NCBI RefSeq assembly: GCF_006345805.1
Contig: NC_043007.1
Span: 52,452,001-52,516,000 of the forward strand
DNA length: 64,000 nt
From: Octopus sinensis
Taxonomy: Eukaryota
Direction: 5' to 3'
Shown piece after piece: positions 1-11,489 of this stretch. Position numbers and translations under genes: made by a program. Within the stretch, counting starts at the first letter, position 1, and every line of letters starts with the position of its first letter. The notes beneath the pieces were generated by a model. The model ran no database searches and had not been told where the DNA came from. It saw only the letters and a program-made list of their open reading frames with translations.

Positions 1-360
1 TCTGTCATCCTCATGTCAACAGATGATGTTCTATTCAAAAGTGCAGAAAAAGGTTCTACTCAGTGCTTATGAAAAGCAAATGTCCATTTGTTGTTCTCAG
101 TGGAGTTACCAAAGAAGATTTTTGGGCCATGTACCTCCTTAACATAAGAGTACAAAACATTTGCATCATTTCTATCATCTGCTTTTTGTGCCCCTTTTGC
201 CCTGTCATTCCACCATTTCTGTTTAATTTTCCTTAGAGAAGTCTGCACTTTCCCTTTCAGCTTTCTGTAAGCTTTGTTTGAGTTGGGATTCAAGGACTGA
301 GAAAGGAGTGTATTGCCTAAGTTTTGTTTTTCGAAAAGTAGATCATGAATTTCTGGTGAT
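1..360 (-). mobile_element. RTE (BovB-like) LINE fragment, endonuclease-RT linker
   Basis: ORF 60-293 LRKIKQKWWNDRAKGAQKADDRNDANVLYSYVKEVHGPK resembles the RTE linker motif WW...A..A...D...Y..K.V.GP. Confidence 0.65.
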
Positions 361-436
361 TTGCCTGAAAACTAGTCATGGGATTCACACGATTTAAATC
401 CCACTGAAGAACTTGCAGATGCACAGGATCAGTAAG

Positions 437-935
437 TAGGGAGATGTACCGGAACAGTAGGTACTAAGAGCACGAATGACTTAAACTCTCTCAAATACCC
501 AGGAAGCTCTCTTAAGGTAGTAAATAGTTTCAGCTATTTAGGTGACCAAATTAGTAATGGTAGTGGATGCTCTGAAAATATTGTTTCTAGAATAAGAATA
601 GAGTGGAGGAAATTCAGAGAATTACTACCTCTGTTGGCAGCAAAAGGACTCTCTCAGAGTGATGGGTAGATTGTATGATGCTTGTGTGAGAATAGTGATT
701 TTACATGGTAGTGAGACATGGGCTTTAACTGCGGAGGACATGTGGAGGCTGGAGAAGAATGAAGGTAGTATATTCCATTGGATTTGCAACATCAATATAC
801 ATGACTGACAAAACACAACTGTGTTGAGAGAAATGTTAGGTATAAGTGGGATTAAATGTGGTATGCAGGAAAGGAGACTGCATTGGTTTGGACATGTGAT
901 GCGTATGAGTTAAGACAGCTGTACACAGAAGAGCC
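437..935 (+). mobile_element. Decayed RTE LINE fragment (RT C-terminal region)
   Basis: Aligns by eye to the 3' coding part of the RTE at 26.7-27.3 kb (gatagtttc..tatttaggtgaccaa; gaaattcagagaattactacctctg; catggtagtgagacatgggc). Confidence 0.8.
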
Positions 936-939
936 TGTT

Positions 940-2037
940 GGTTTCAAAGTGAAGAACTCTGAAATGTCAGTCTCAACCTCCTCTTGGCTTGCAAAAGTTA
1001 TGTCGCCCAAATAATTCGCAAACTATGAAACAAATGGTAGTCTGAAGGAACAAGGTTGGGAGAATAAGGTATATGAGGAATTTTTTCCCAACCAAGCTCT
1101 TCGATCTTCTCTGATGTGATCTTTGCAGTGTGGGGTCATGCATTGTCTTGATGAAACATCACTCCTTTTCGATTCACTAAAGTGGGTCATATTTTCTTCA
1201 AAGCTTGGTTCAAATGCTCTAATTGCTAACAGTAGACTTGAGCATTGATTGTTGCATTAGGTGGTAACAATTCAAAATGAATTACTCCTTTGCAATCCCA
1301 CCAGAGAAAGTGAAGAACCTTTTTCCCTTGAAGTTCCCTTCTTGGTTGTGGCTGAGCTTTTTCCCTTTTACCAAGCCACTGTTTATGACATTTAACATTT
1401 CGATAGAAAATCCATTTTTTGCCACCAGTCACAAGTCTATCCAAAAAGGGTGAAATGAGTTTGCGAGAATGGAGAGAAGAGCAGATGTCAAATCAGGATT
1501 TGCGGTTGCTTTCAGACAATTCATGAGGCACCCATTTTCCAAGTTGTTGAAGATGACGAGGAACAGTTGTATGGTTTGAACTAAGATTTATTGCTAATTC
1601 TTCAATTGATAATGCAGGATTTTCTTCAAATAATGCATTGAGCTTATCAAACTCAACTGGACGTCCTGCTTGATCTTCATCTTCAAGGCTAAAGTCTCCA
1701 TTTCTGAATTTTGCAAACCATCTTCTGCAAGTTCTTTCATTCAAGCATCCTTTCCCATAAACTGAGAGTATGTTTCAAGTCGCTTCGGTTACAGAGTTTC
1801 CTTTTTTGTACTCATAAGTCATTATGTGCCTCAAATGTTCATTGGATACTTCCATGTTAGAAAGGGTTTTAATCAAAGAAATTTTAATTCTATTATTCTG
1901 TAAAATAATGTTTAATTAGTTTAAATGTACACAAAAGCATAAAAATAATTTTTAATTCCATTAGACATTCGAAAATACTATTAAATTTGATTCAATTTTA
2001 AAAAAGGTAAAACCGGACAGAACTTATGGGATGACCT
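940..2037 (-). mobile_element. Mariner (DD34D-type) transposon relic, frameshifted
   Basis: Minus-strand peptides RTCRRWFAKFRNGDFSLEDEDQAGRP, LVTGGKKWIFY, WWDCKGVIHFELLP and PSDYHLF; TIR-like caggtcatcccataagttctgtccg at about 2012-2037 next to TA repeats; other end truncated. Confidence 0.88.
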
Positions 2038-2237
2038 GAAATATATATATATATATATATATATAATTAATAATATCAGGGTAATAAAATAAGTCAGAAA
2101 CCATGGTCCAGGAAAGAGATGGTAAATGCTTTTATTTTTCATTCCCTTCGAAAATTTATCCCTAATTAGCTGTTCTTTCTAGCATAAAAGATTCCTATGA
2201 TGGAAACCTCTTAATGTGATTAAATGTACACTGTATG

Positions 2238-2272
<35 letters not shown>

Positions 2273-2292
2273 AGGTATGTATTTATATATAT

Positions 2293-2338
<46 letters not shown>

Positions 2339-2344
2339 AGGTAT

Positions 2345-3862
2345 ATGAGAGTCCTAGCAAGACCACTGCAGTTCCTCTTTCAGAGCTTCCTTGCAGCTGG
2401 CAAACTTCCAGGAAAACTGAAGGAAGGTAAAATATGCCCCATTCATAAAGGAGGTAGCAGAGCGGAAGCCAAGAACTATAGACCTATCTCTCTGACCTCA
2501 CACATCAGCAAGGTCATGGAACGAATAGTCAGAAGGAAGCTGATCACCATCCTTGAAGAGAATGACCTGCTGCCCGACACCCAACATGGTTTCCGACCAG
2601 GGAGAAGCTGTTTAACTCAGCTCCTACAACACTATGACTGGGTGCTGAAACGGCTGCTCAACCACTCAAATGTGGAAGTGATATATCTCGACTTTGCAAA
2701 GGCCTTTGATAAAGTCGATCATGGAATGATATGTCACAAACTGCGTGATCTCAACATAGTTGGAAAACTGGGAGAATGGCTTCATGACTTTCTGAAGGAT
2801 AGAAGTCAGGTGGTAGTAGCCAATGGGGCCACCTCCATTAACACACAAATAGTGAGCGGTGTTCCGCAGGGCACTGTTCTGGGACCACTAATGTTCATAA
2901 TGGCCCTCTCAGACATGCCCTCAGCCACGCAGAGAGCCACGATCACAAGTTATGCAGATGATACAAAAGTTTCACAGGCAATACAGAACCCTGAGGACAC
3001 TAAACACCTGCAATGTGAGCTGGACGAAATATACAAGTGGGCTGAAAAGAATAGCATGCAGTTCAATGCTGGAAAGTTTCAAGCTTTATACTATCAGCAT
3101 GCAAAACTGAATGCAATACCCAATGAATACACTGGACCCGGAGGGATTGCAATCCCAGAGGCACAATCAGTGCGTGACCTGGGTATTCACATGAGTGATG
3201 ACGCGACCTTTCATGTACATGTTGCTAAACTGACAATGAAATGTAGACGGCTGGCTGGATGGATTCTTAGAACCTTTAGAACAAGAGAACAAAAAACCAT
3301 GATGGTCCTCTGGAAGACACTTGTCCTAAGCCACTTTGACTATTGCTCTCAGCTATGGTCACCATCCAGTGTCAAGTTGATCACAGAACTTGAGGCGATC
3401 CAACGAAGCTACACAAAGAAGATAGCCTCTATGCAGAATGTAAGCTACTGGGAAAGACTCAAGAGATTAAAATTATATTCTCTGGAGCGTAGGCGGGAAA
3501 GATATGCCTTAATATACATCTGGAAGATCCTGGAGGGAAGTGTCCTGAACTTTGGCATCGAGAGTTACGCAAATGCCAGAACTGGGCGCCACTGCGTGGT
3601 GCCTAGGACTCCAAACCTGCCATCAAGATGTAGGACAAGATTCTGTGATAGCCTGGGCTTCCGAGGCCCACAGCTCTTCAATATCCTCCCGAAGAACCTG
3701 AGAGACCTGCATGGGGTGGATACAGATGTCTTTAAAATGAAGCTGGATCTCTTCCTGTCAGGTGTCCCAGATGAACCAACTTCACGGCAGGAGGGGCAGA
3801 TGAGGGCAGCTGCATCGAACTCTCTCATGCACCAAATAGCAGTTGCTAGAAAGCCTCCATGA
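2345..3862 (+). CDS. Uninterrupted reverse transcriptase ORF remnant of the CR1-clade LINE (no endonuclease, 5'-truncated)
   Basis: In-frame part of ORF 2216-3862 from the ATG at 2345; the upstream YIYI part is (TA)n microsatellite. Confidence 0.8.
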   Translation: MRVLARPLQFLFQSFLAAGKLPGKLKEGKICPIHKGGSRAEAKNYRPISLTSHISKVMERIVRRKLITILEENDLLPDTQHGFRPGRSCLTQLLQHYDWVLKRLLNHSNVEVIYLDFAKAFDKVDHGMICHKLRDLNIVGKLGEWLHDFLKDRSQVVVANGATSINTQIVSGVPQGTVLGPLMFIMALSDMPSATQRATITSYADDTKVSQAIQNPEDTKHLQCELDEIYKWAEKNSMQFNAGKFQALYYQHAKLNAIPNEYTGPGGIAIPEAQSVRDLGIHMSDDATFHVHVAKLTMKCRRLAGWILRTFRTREQKTMMVLWKTLVLSHFDYCSQLWSPSSVKLITELEAIQRSYTKKIASMQNVSYWERLKRLKLYSLERRRERYALIYIWKILEGSVLNFGIESYANARTGRHCVVPRTPNLPSRCRTRFCDSLGFRGPQLFNILPKNLRDLHGVDTDVFKMKLDLFLSGVPDEPTSRQEGQMRAAASNSLMHQIAVARKPP

Positions 3863-3954
3863 AGTGAAACCAAGTAGCAACACCAAATGGCGGTGCCCCA
3901 GCATGGCCACAGCTCATAAGCTGAAACTAGAATCAATCAATCAATCAATCAATC
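2345..3954 (+). mobile_element. 5'-truncated CR1-clade LINE with (AATC)n tail
   Basis: Open RT region (NYRPISLTS, QHGFR, YLDFAKAFD, GVPQGTVLGP, YADD); 3' stem-loop and (AATC)n at 3931-3954; atataagaggtat near both junctions is a probable TSD. Confidence 0.93.
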
Positions 3955-4807
3955 ATATATATATATATATAAGAAGATATAAGAGGTATCGGAGACGTTC
4001 CCTCTATAGATGAATGTGAAAATTAGAATTATAGCTCCATATATGTAGTGTAGGGCAAGTAAGTAGTAGAACTGTCCAATGGGAAGACAATACCAAATTT
4101 AAATTAAAATTAAAACTAACCATTGAAATCAGTATGTAGTATAATTTTTTTTTTAAATCTATACAGAAGAATGAAGTTTAGCGTGAAGAAGTTGTATATG
4201 AGAAGCTAATACTAGATAGTAACATAAGCAAATAGCAAAAAATAGAGGAATGAGAATGAGTTAAAGAGAGAAGATGATGTATATAAAGGACTCATGTTTG
4301 CATAAAAAATCATATTAGGTAACACATATTAATAAAAAAGGAGTAAAAAAAAGTAAAAACAGAGAAGCAGTTATTAATATTACAATTAAAGTAGTATGTA
4401 CTTGCGGTGTTTATAAAGATAAAAATGTGAATTTAAAAATTATAATATGAAGTTAGAAAGACCAAAGTAAATGCAGGGGAGATAAATGAGCGGAGAAAGA
4501 GATGAGTAAAAAAATAAAAATTTAGATAGGGATGTGTGGGTTATACAGAAGGTATATTTTAGTATATATATATATATATAAAAAAAAAAGGGTTATTTCA
4601 GAAGTATTAATCTAGGTTAGTATTATGTGAGAAGGATATAGAATGGCAGTATGGTCATAATGGTATCCGAGTTGTAGGGGTGCCATACAACTACGAGTAG
4701 AAGGGTATGTAGCAATATCGTTTCCTTCATTGCTATCTTCACTGTTTGAGAAGAGTATTAAGAATAATCTCGTTCGAGATTACAAACATCTTCGGCTAGT
4801 TTAACAT

Positions 4808-5604
4808 TGTTGTAAACACTAATCCGATTGGCTGACACGTGGTCTCTACTACGTTCGCACCGCTGGTTGTCACGTGACGCGATTTGCCTCCGCTTATTTT
4901 CGCGCCATTTGTTCCAAGCAGCCAATCACAGCTTTCCATTTCTGAAGTTCGTTTTGAGCTACATAAACCTTATAAAAGAAGTGTTCTCAGACAAATATCC
5001 GTCTTTGGTTTCTAGTCCTTCTCAGGACTAACCTCTGACCACAGAGCTCGTCTTTGGTTCTAGTCCTTCTCAGGGCTAACCACACAGAGCATACTCGACC
5101 ATGTTCCAGTTCGAAAGGCAGGCGACCACCATTAATACAAGATGTTACAGATACCTCTCATACTGTTAGTGTGAAAATATCACCACGAAAAGAACGGTTA
5201 CAGGATATCTATAACTAGAGAAAATAACCAAGCAGAATATATAATGAAGACGCAGCAAAAACCAAGTGACAGACACAACTCATCGCCAAACATCGTCTCT
5301 ATCTACTAAGGTTTAATTTGTACACAAGACAACTACAGATTCAACTATAGCAGTTAGGTGAAAATATCACCACGGGAAAAATGGCTACAGTTAATATATC
5401 TGGAAGTATATTCATATCAAGAGAAAGATAAAACACAACAAGTGATTCAATTAATCTCAACTACGAGATGCAACATCTTGATATGGAACTCTTACACTCC
5501 ATGTACCTCATAAACGGTAAATCAATTATCTGTCTTGAGTTCTAGTTCTTCTAAGAACTACCTTAAGCCATCTGCTACTACCGGTTGCTGGACTGATACC
5601 AACA
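4808..5604 (+). mobile_element. Probable solo LTR (797 bp)
   Basis: Termini TGTTG...CAACA flanked by 4-bp ACAT duplication (4804-4807, 5605-5608); ATTGG/CCAAT, CACGTG and TATAAAAG motifs inside; short internal direct repeats. Confidence 0.55.
4820..4980 (+). promoter_or_regulatory. Pol II promoter-like motif cluster in the putative LTR
   Basis: attggctga (~4827), cacgtg E-boxes, agccaatca (~4920), tataaaag (~4970) in a CpG-rich stretch. Confidence 0.4.
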
Positions 5605-5835
5605 ACATGAACTGTGAACCAAATTCCATTGTTATTTCTCTGGTCAGTACCTTTTATGCCTCACGAACACACAGACGACAAAAACATGCTAACACTCACA
5701 AACTCCCAACATCAGCATGATTGTAAAATATGTAAAATAAATAATGTATATATCTCAAAAAGAAATCTTGTTGTCATTCCACTTGTGTTCTATTGCCGCT
5801 GTATGTATTATATGGTCTGTAAAATAATCATTAAG

Positions 5836-5891
5836 AATAGGATCACGTGCGATTGTATTCCCTATACGATACGACCGCATGTGATCCTATT
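5836..5891. repeat. 16-bp stem hairpin
   Basis: aataggatcacgtgcg ... cgcatgtgatcctatt, one G-T pair. Confidence 0.8.
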
Positions 5892-5939
5892 TTTATAGGT
5901 ACACATAAATGTACAAAAATTTACACTTAATATAGAAGA

Positions 5940-7040
5940 AAGATAATCTAACAAGGAGTAGAGTGTGTGTAGGATTAGTCATGCGTATGTAGAGGCATGA
6001 GTATATAGATACAGGAATTCATGTAGATATATGATTAAGGTATACATTAAAAAACTACAAATATATCCATACATGTGCAAAAAGAAGGGCACACTGACAC
6101 AATAAATTGTATATATATTTATATATATATGTGCGAACATACATATATACATAGATACACACATTCAAATTCATATACATGACTGTACTTACATATATAC
6201 ATAAAAATAATCACACATATATATATATATATATAGATAAGTTTACACACATAGGTAGATATAATATCAATACCTAGATATGTATTCATGGATGTGGACA
6301 TGTAGATCACCTTAAAGTCATACATGTGCATATATGAGTACATACACCAGTAGTAAAGTATACGTTATTATAAGGTATAGTAACTAATAACATAAACAAG
6401 TAATAGTTAGAATAGGTATGTTCAGAACGTGGAGTACATGGACACAATATAAAATACAAAAATGTATATGTATATTACATACTAAAGAAAGATATAAGTT
6501 CCTATATCCAGACATGTGGTGATAAATTGATGGCCCTGTATATAGTGGGTCATGCAGTTGCCAGAAGGAAATGTTAAAGAAAAATCTACACAGATAGTAT
6601 AAGATATAGTATTGTAAAGGGGATATTTTTAAAAAATTCAAACTAAACAAAAGGTGAGTAAAGAGTTATATTAGATTAATGAATAGGAATTTGATCATGT
6701 GTTTACATGAGGAAACTTTTTCATCCCTAGTATAAGCCAAATTTCATCCTCATTATGTTAAAGCTTTCTTCTAAATATAACCTACAAATTTTATTACTAT
6801 TTGTATAAGAGGGGGAAGAAGATAGGATTTTCCAAGAAATGGAGAAATTAATATTGTTTCTTTGGAGGTGCCAAATATTTTTAGATAGCCCTGTACTATT
6901 CTCTTTTCGATTGTCCCTAAAAGAAGATTTAGGGTTAGAAATTCTCGATTTAATTGAGTTTTGGGTGCAATACATGTATATGTGTATAGAGGAGTCCTGA
7001 GTTATAGTAGTTGCTTGGTATACAACTTCTTTCATTTTCC
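5940..7040 (-). mobile_element. Naiad-like PLE 3' fragment (GIY-YIG C-terminus plus AT-rich 3' region)
   Basis: VVYQATT...YCTQNSIKSRISNPKSSF...STGLSKNIWHL...ISWKIL...SY...ICRLYLEE; homologous to 56.9-57.2 kb and 61.5-61.8 kb. Confidence 0.75.
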
Positions 7041-7620
7041 AATTTCTATCTACTTCACAGGCATTATATAAATACATATGTATATACATATACACATTAT
7101 ATAAATATACATATGTATACACATATACACATTCACACACCTATACACATACATACATATACATAAACTCACATACATGTAGATAAATATGTAGATACCA
7201 TATATCAATATATATAGAGAGAGATAGATCTAGATTGTAAAATTAGATGTCTAAATACAAGTTGATCAAATAAAGTTCCTTAGGTTCAGTTGGATTAATC
7301 AGTTGTGGGTGTTAATGTTCACATTAATTATGTATGGACAGGATTGTAATATGGGAATGCTTGTTAGGCTGTGTGTAATTTATTTATGATGCGCTCCTTT
7401 GTTAAAATTTTTATGTGTGTGTGTGTGTATATATATATATAATATAATATAATAAAATATAATTAAATTATTGTATACAATGCTCAGGTGCACCACAACA
7501 TGTATGTATATATACATACATGTATATATACATATATATATTCAAAAATGTAGCTACATGTGGATTGTTGGCGATTTTTTTCCTCCTTCTTCATTTTCTC
7601 TAGGACTTTCCTCTATCTTC

Positions 7621-7657
7621 TGTTTCTGAAGAATAGCTTTGCTCGAAATGTAAAACA
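7621..7657 (+). ncRNA. Minimal type I hammerhead ribozyme motif (PLE pLTR remnant)
   Basis: UGUUU-CUGAAGA-AUAGCUUUGCUC-GAAAU-GUA-AAACA; perfect 5-bp stem I, two apparent decay substitutions. Confidence 0.7.
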
Positions 7658-7796
7658 CCCTTTCTTTCCTTCCCTGAGCATCTTTTAATACGTTACATGT
7701 ACCACACCAACACAGTTATTTTTCTTGTGTGTTTTTTCGTTTTTGGGGAATTAATTATATATATATATGCAGCCACTCCTGCACCTATATATATAT

Positions 7797-8040
7797 AGGT
7801 GCAGGAGTGGCTGTGTGGTAAGTAGCTTGCTTACAAACCACATGGTTCTGTGTTTGTCACCCCAACATTGCTTGACAACCGATGCTGGTGTGTTTATGTC
7901 CCCGTAACTTAGCGGTTCAGCAAAACAGACCAATAGAATAAGTACTAGGCTTCCAAAGAATAAGTCCTTGGGTCGATTTGCTCAACTAAAGACGGTGCTC
8001 CAGCATGGCCGCAGTCAAATGACTGAAACAATTAAAAGAG
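7797..8040 (+). mobile_element. tRNA-derived SINE (family A), internally deleted
   Basis: Head gcaggagtggctgtgtggtaagtagcttgc; tail ggtgctccagcatggccgcagtcaaatgactgaaac; central part missing relative to the copy at 21227. Confidence 0.9.
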
Positions 8041-8312
8041 AGTATTAGTAACAATTATTATGCTTAGCAAACTTCTGCTCATCTTATGCTCCAGCCCTAC
8101 AACAGTCGGTCTCTCATCCATAATAGGGCCACGTCAGATGCCTAACAATATTTTGATATATTTAAAAGTAAACAAAAGGTGTGCCTTGTACACAGGCAAT
8201 ACAGTATATATTTCATGGGTTCTCTATTAACTTCCAGTTATCTTATAAGTTTCAAAATAACTGTAGATGTTCTCCAGAGATATTGCGATTTGTTATCATT
8301 TACCTGAGGTAA

Positions 8313-8515
8313 GATGGCCAGCTGGCAGAAGTGTTAGCACACCAGGCAAAATGCTTTGTGGTATTTTGTCCATCTTCTGAGTTCAAATTCCACAGAGGTT
8401 GACTTTGCTTTTTATCCTTTTGGAGTTGATTAAATAAGTACCAGTTACGCCCTGGAGACGATGAAAACGACCCCCCCCCCAATTTCAGGCTTTGTGCCTA
8501 TAGTAAAAAGGATTA
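8313..8515 (+). mobile_element. tRNA-derived SINE (family B), diverged
   Basis: gctggcagaa..gttagcac..ttctgagttcaaattcc..gactttgc, homologous to 17311-17541. Confidence 0.8.
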
Positions 8516-9547
8516 TTAAGCTGAGATGAAATTTGACTGTTACCCACCTGGGGGGTCAATAAAGTACTTGTCAAATTGTCATTGTCATCATCTATCCTAG
8601 GCTTTGACAGTCCATTGGTGACACTTCTTTTGTACCACCAATTACTGCCTCCCCCCCACGCACAACTTCCATCCCTCATTCTCATCATCATCCCTTTTCA
8701 CACTATTTTCACTGATTACTTCCTTTCTCAGCCTCCACTCATCTCCTCTCCTCCTCTGCTGTACCCCATCTTAATACCTCTTATACCTGTTGCTGTGCCA
8801 CACTCACTGTAGTCACCCTTATCTCCCTCTACATCTCCTGCTCCACTCTCCCTAAGCCTTGGTCATCTTTCCATACTTCCTGACCTCTCATTCCTGAGTA
8901 ACCTCTTTCTCTGTCTCGCGTTAACCACCCACCCTCACCCATATTGATATCTCCCACCATGCTACACCTCCACCTGTTTCATCACTCATTACACTCATCT
9001 CTACCCCCACCTCTAACCATCTGTTACTCCTCCCCTCACATTCTTATAACCACACACCCTTCTCCTTTACCCTCCTCATTCACTGACCATATCCTCTCTT
9101 GTGCTCACTTCCTTGCTCCTGGTAGTTTACTCTGGTACTCTTTCACTACCCTCTTTATTTTCTTCTTCTCAGTTACTCCCAGCCACCCTTATGAAATGCA
9201 GAGTGACCATCTCCTCTATAGCATCTATAGATGCTATAGACCAGTATTTCTCAACCATTTTACCCTTGCATAACCCTTAAAATAAATTACATGTCTCAAG
9301 GAACCCTTGCACAAAAAAAAAATTATATACCATATCTATTACATATTTTTTTCATCGCAGCTCACGTGGTAAATATCATATATATATATATATATATAAG
9401 ATGCAGCACAGAATTTTGTTAGTGAACAGGTCGCGGTCTCAAAGCGCCGAAAATATTTTGACAAATTAAATTTAAATGTTGAAGTGAATCTAACGGCTTT
9501 TGTGTGTTTCTTAAATGGCTTATAAACACCTTCCATGCTGCAATTGT

Positions 9548-9585
<38 letters not shown>

Positions 9586-9601
9586 ATATATATATATGTT
9601 C

Positions 9602-9638
9602 CTTTCTATGGAAGAGCATAGGCTCGAAACGTTAAAGA
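9602..9638 (+). ncRNA. Degenerate minimal hammerhead motif (PLE pLTR remnant)
   Basis: CUUU-CUAUGGA-A-GAGCAUAGGCUC-GAAAC-GUU-AAAG; stem II and the GAAAC/GUH half intact, CUGANGA core mutated. Confidence 0.6.
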
Positions 9639-9843
9639 CTTTTTCACTTCCCGACCATTATACTAATACATCTGTTTGTTGTCTACACCACCTGTCTTTG
9701 TCTTTTGTTTTTTTGTGAATTCTCCCCGCCCCCTATATAAATGGTTGTTATATATTTTTGACAACATAATAGGTTAGGTAGGATGATATCTATATTACAA
9801 TATTATAATAACCAATAATATGTTCTACATCTATAGTAATATT

Positions 9844-10157
9844 GTTTGTTTGTTGTTTGTTCCTTCTTGAGCCATGCCTGGCCAATAAGGGCTGGCTTCC
9901 CAGTTTCATTGGCATATAGGTTCCCCACCTGGACGGGATGCTGGTCTGTTGCAGGCGAGCTGCTAAATGCAGGAGGAGAGAGTGAGAGAAAGTGGTGGCG
10001 AAAGAGTCAGCAGAAGTTCACCATTACCTTCTGCCGGAGCTGCGTGGAACTTAGGTGTTTCACTCATAAACACACACATCACCTGGTCTGAGATTCGAAC
10101 CTGCGATCCCTCGACTGCAAATCTGCTGCTCTAACCACTAGGCCATGTGCCTCCATG
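9844..10157 (-). mobile_element. tRNA-derived SINE (family C) with 12-bp TSD
   Basis: A box tggcctagtgg, B box ggttcgaatc, (AAC/AAAC)n tail; TSD tatagtaatatt at 9832-9843 and 10158-10169. Confidence 0.92.
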
Positions 10158-10921
10158 TATAGTAATATTACAATCATGAAATTAGCATTAGCTTATCTTA
10201 CTTTTTCTTGGGGAACCCCTAGGAACCTTTTGTGTAACCCTTGGGTTCCAGGGACCCCAGTTGAGAAGCACTGCTATAAACCATCTCCTTTATAGCATCA
10301 AATCTGCTCTTGTCCCTCTATCACACTTTAATCTCCCTATACCTGGCATAAAACCAACACCCCTTTCCTTGAAATAGTGCCCTCTCCACTAAGTCAAGGG
10401 GCCTTTTTCCTTTCCTTGTTCTGCTCCTGTCTTGCAAGTTACTTGGTTGCCTCACTAATGCTGGTGGCATGAAACAAAGCACCCAGTACATGCTGTAAAG
10501 GGGTTTGCGTTAGAAAGGGCATAGAGGTGGAGAACGCATGACAAAGCAGATGCTGGAGCTTGATGCAGCCCTGCTGTTTGCTGGGTCCTGTCAAATCAAC
10601 CCAACCACAGTGCCAGAATGGAAAATGGATGTTTAAACAATGAGGAGAAGGAATGATCACACACACACTCACACACACGCACACATTAGGAAGGGCATCC
10701 AGCCATAAAAACCCTGCCAAAACAGACACAGTAGCCTGAGGTGGTCTTCTACCGTCCTACCCCTGCATGCATGAAAAACGTGTTAAACAATGATGATGAT
10801 GATGATGACAACGATGAGAGACATACATGCACACACCCACACACACATACACATATATAGATGCACACATGCACACATATATAGATGCATGCATGTGCTC
10901 ACTCACACACACATTTAGATA

Positions 10922-11331
10922 TCTATAATATAAATTGGACATGGGCGATCATTGTATTCTTTCTTGTCTTGAGGTTCACAGCCAAACGGCTGGGTGGATT
11001 TGCATAAAAAATGGCACACATGTGGATACGGGTGCATAGATTGGAATTCGGTTTGTATTTTTTTCCTAGCATCCATGTTTACTGAGAAAATCGATTAAAA
11101 CTTTTTCTAATGGAATTCTCCTCTTTCTTCTGCCATTAAAACAACCAGTTGCTTAGAAGCTGTTTTCTGATGGAGTGGGGTCAGGAAATTTTTATATGGA
11201 TGGAGGCTCTAATTGAAACAGGGGACCCGAAATGATAAGGTTGAGAAACGCTCTTATAGATTATGCCTGACTGAAAACGATCACAGCCACATCATCCAAA
11301 CAGACCGGGTGAAACCGAGCTTAGCTGCTAG
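10922..11331 (+). mobile_element. Non-autonomous Helitron-type element
   Basis: 5' TCTATAATATAAA, 3' GC hairpin ccgggtgaaaccgag followed by CTAG, inserted A^T. Confidence 0.7.
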
Positions 11332-11489
11332 TATATATATATATATATAACATGAAACCAAAGGTAACCTTAATTCATTCTCAGGTTAAGAAATTATATC
11401 CATCAATGCAGTGTTGAGCACTCATTTTCATCATCGACATTCACATGTATATATATGTGTGTGTGTGTATGTATATATATAGAAAGTAT

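Larger units (their letters stand above)
9242..10273. mobile_element. hAT (Charlie-like) MITE with nested insertions
   Basis: TIRs cagtatttctcaac / gttgagaagcactg; 8-bp TSD ctatagac (9234-9241) / ctataaac (10274-10281). Confidence 0.8.
8530..10815 (+). mobile_element. Old TC-rich retroposon with RTE-type 3' tail, interrupted by a hAT MITE
   Basis: Pyrimidine-rich body 8560-9230 resumes at 10282; 3' part resembles the RTE 3' UTR and ends in (GAT)n. Confidence 0.5.

Noticed and set aside
2216-2344. N-terminal extension of the 548-aa ORF
   Set aside because: (TA)n flank read in frame; LINE homology begins near 2345
8060-8312. Possible host exon with a GAG|GTAAG donor
   Set aside because: No recognisable protein or convincing acceptor in the frames examined; a donor-like motif alone is uninformative
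10080-10157. tRNA gene (also the heads at 13840 and 21227)
   Set aside because: A and B boxes are present but continue into SINE bodies and tails, with a TSD at 9832/10158; no complete cloverleaf
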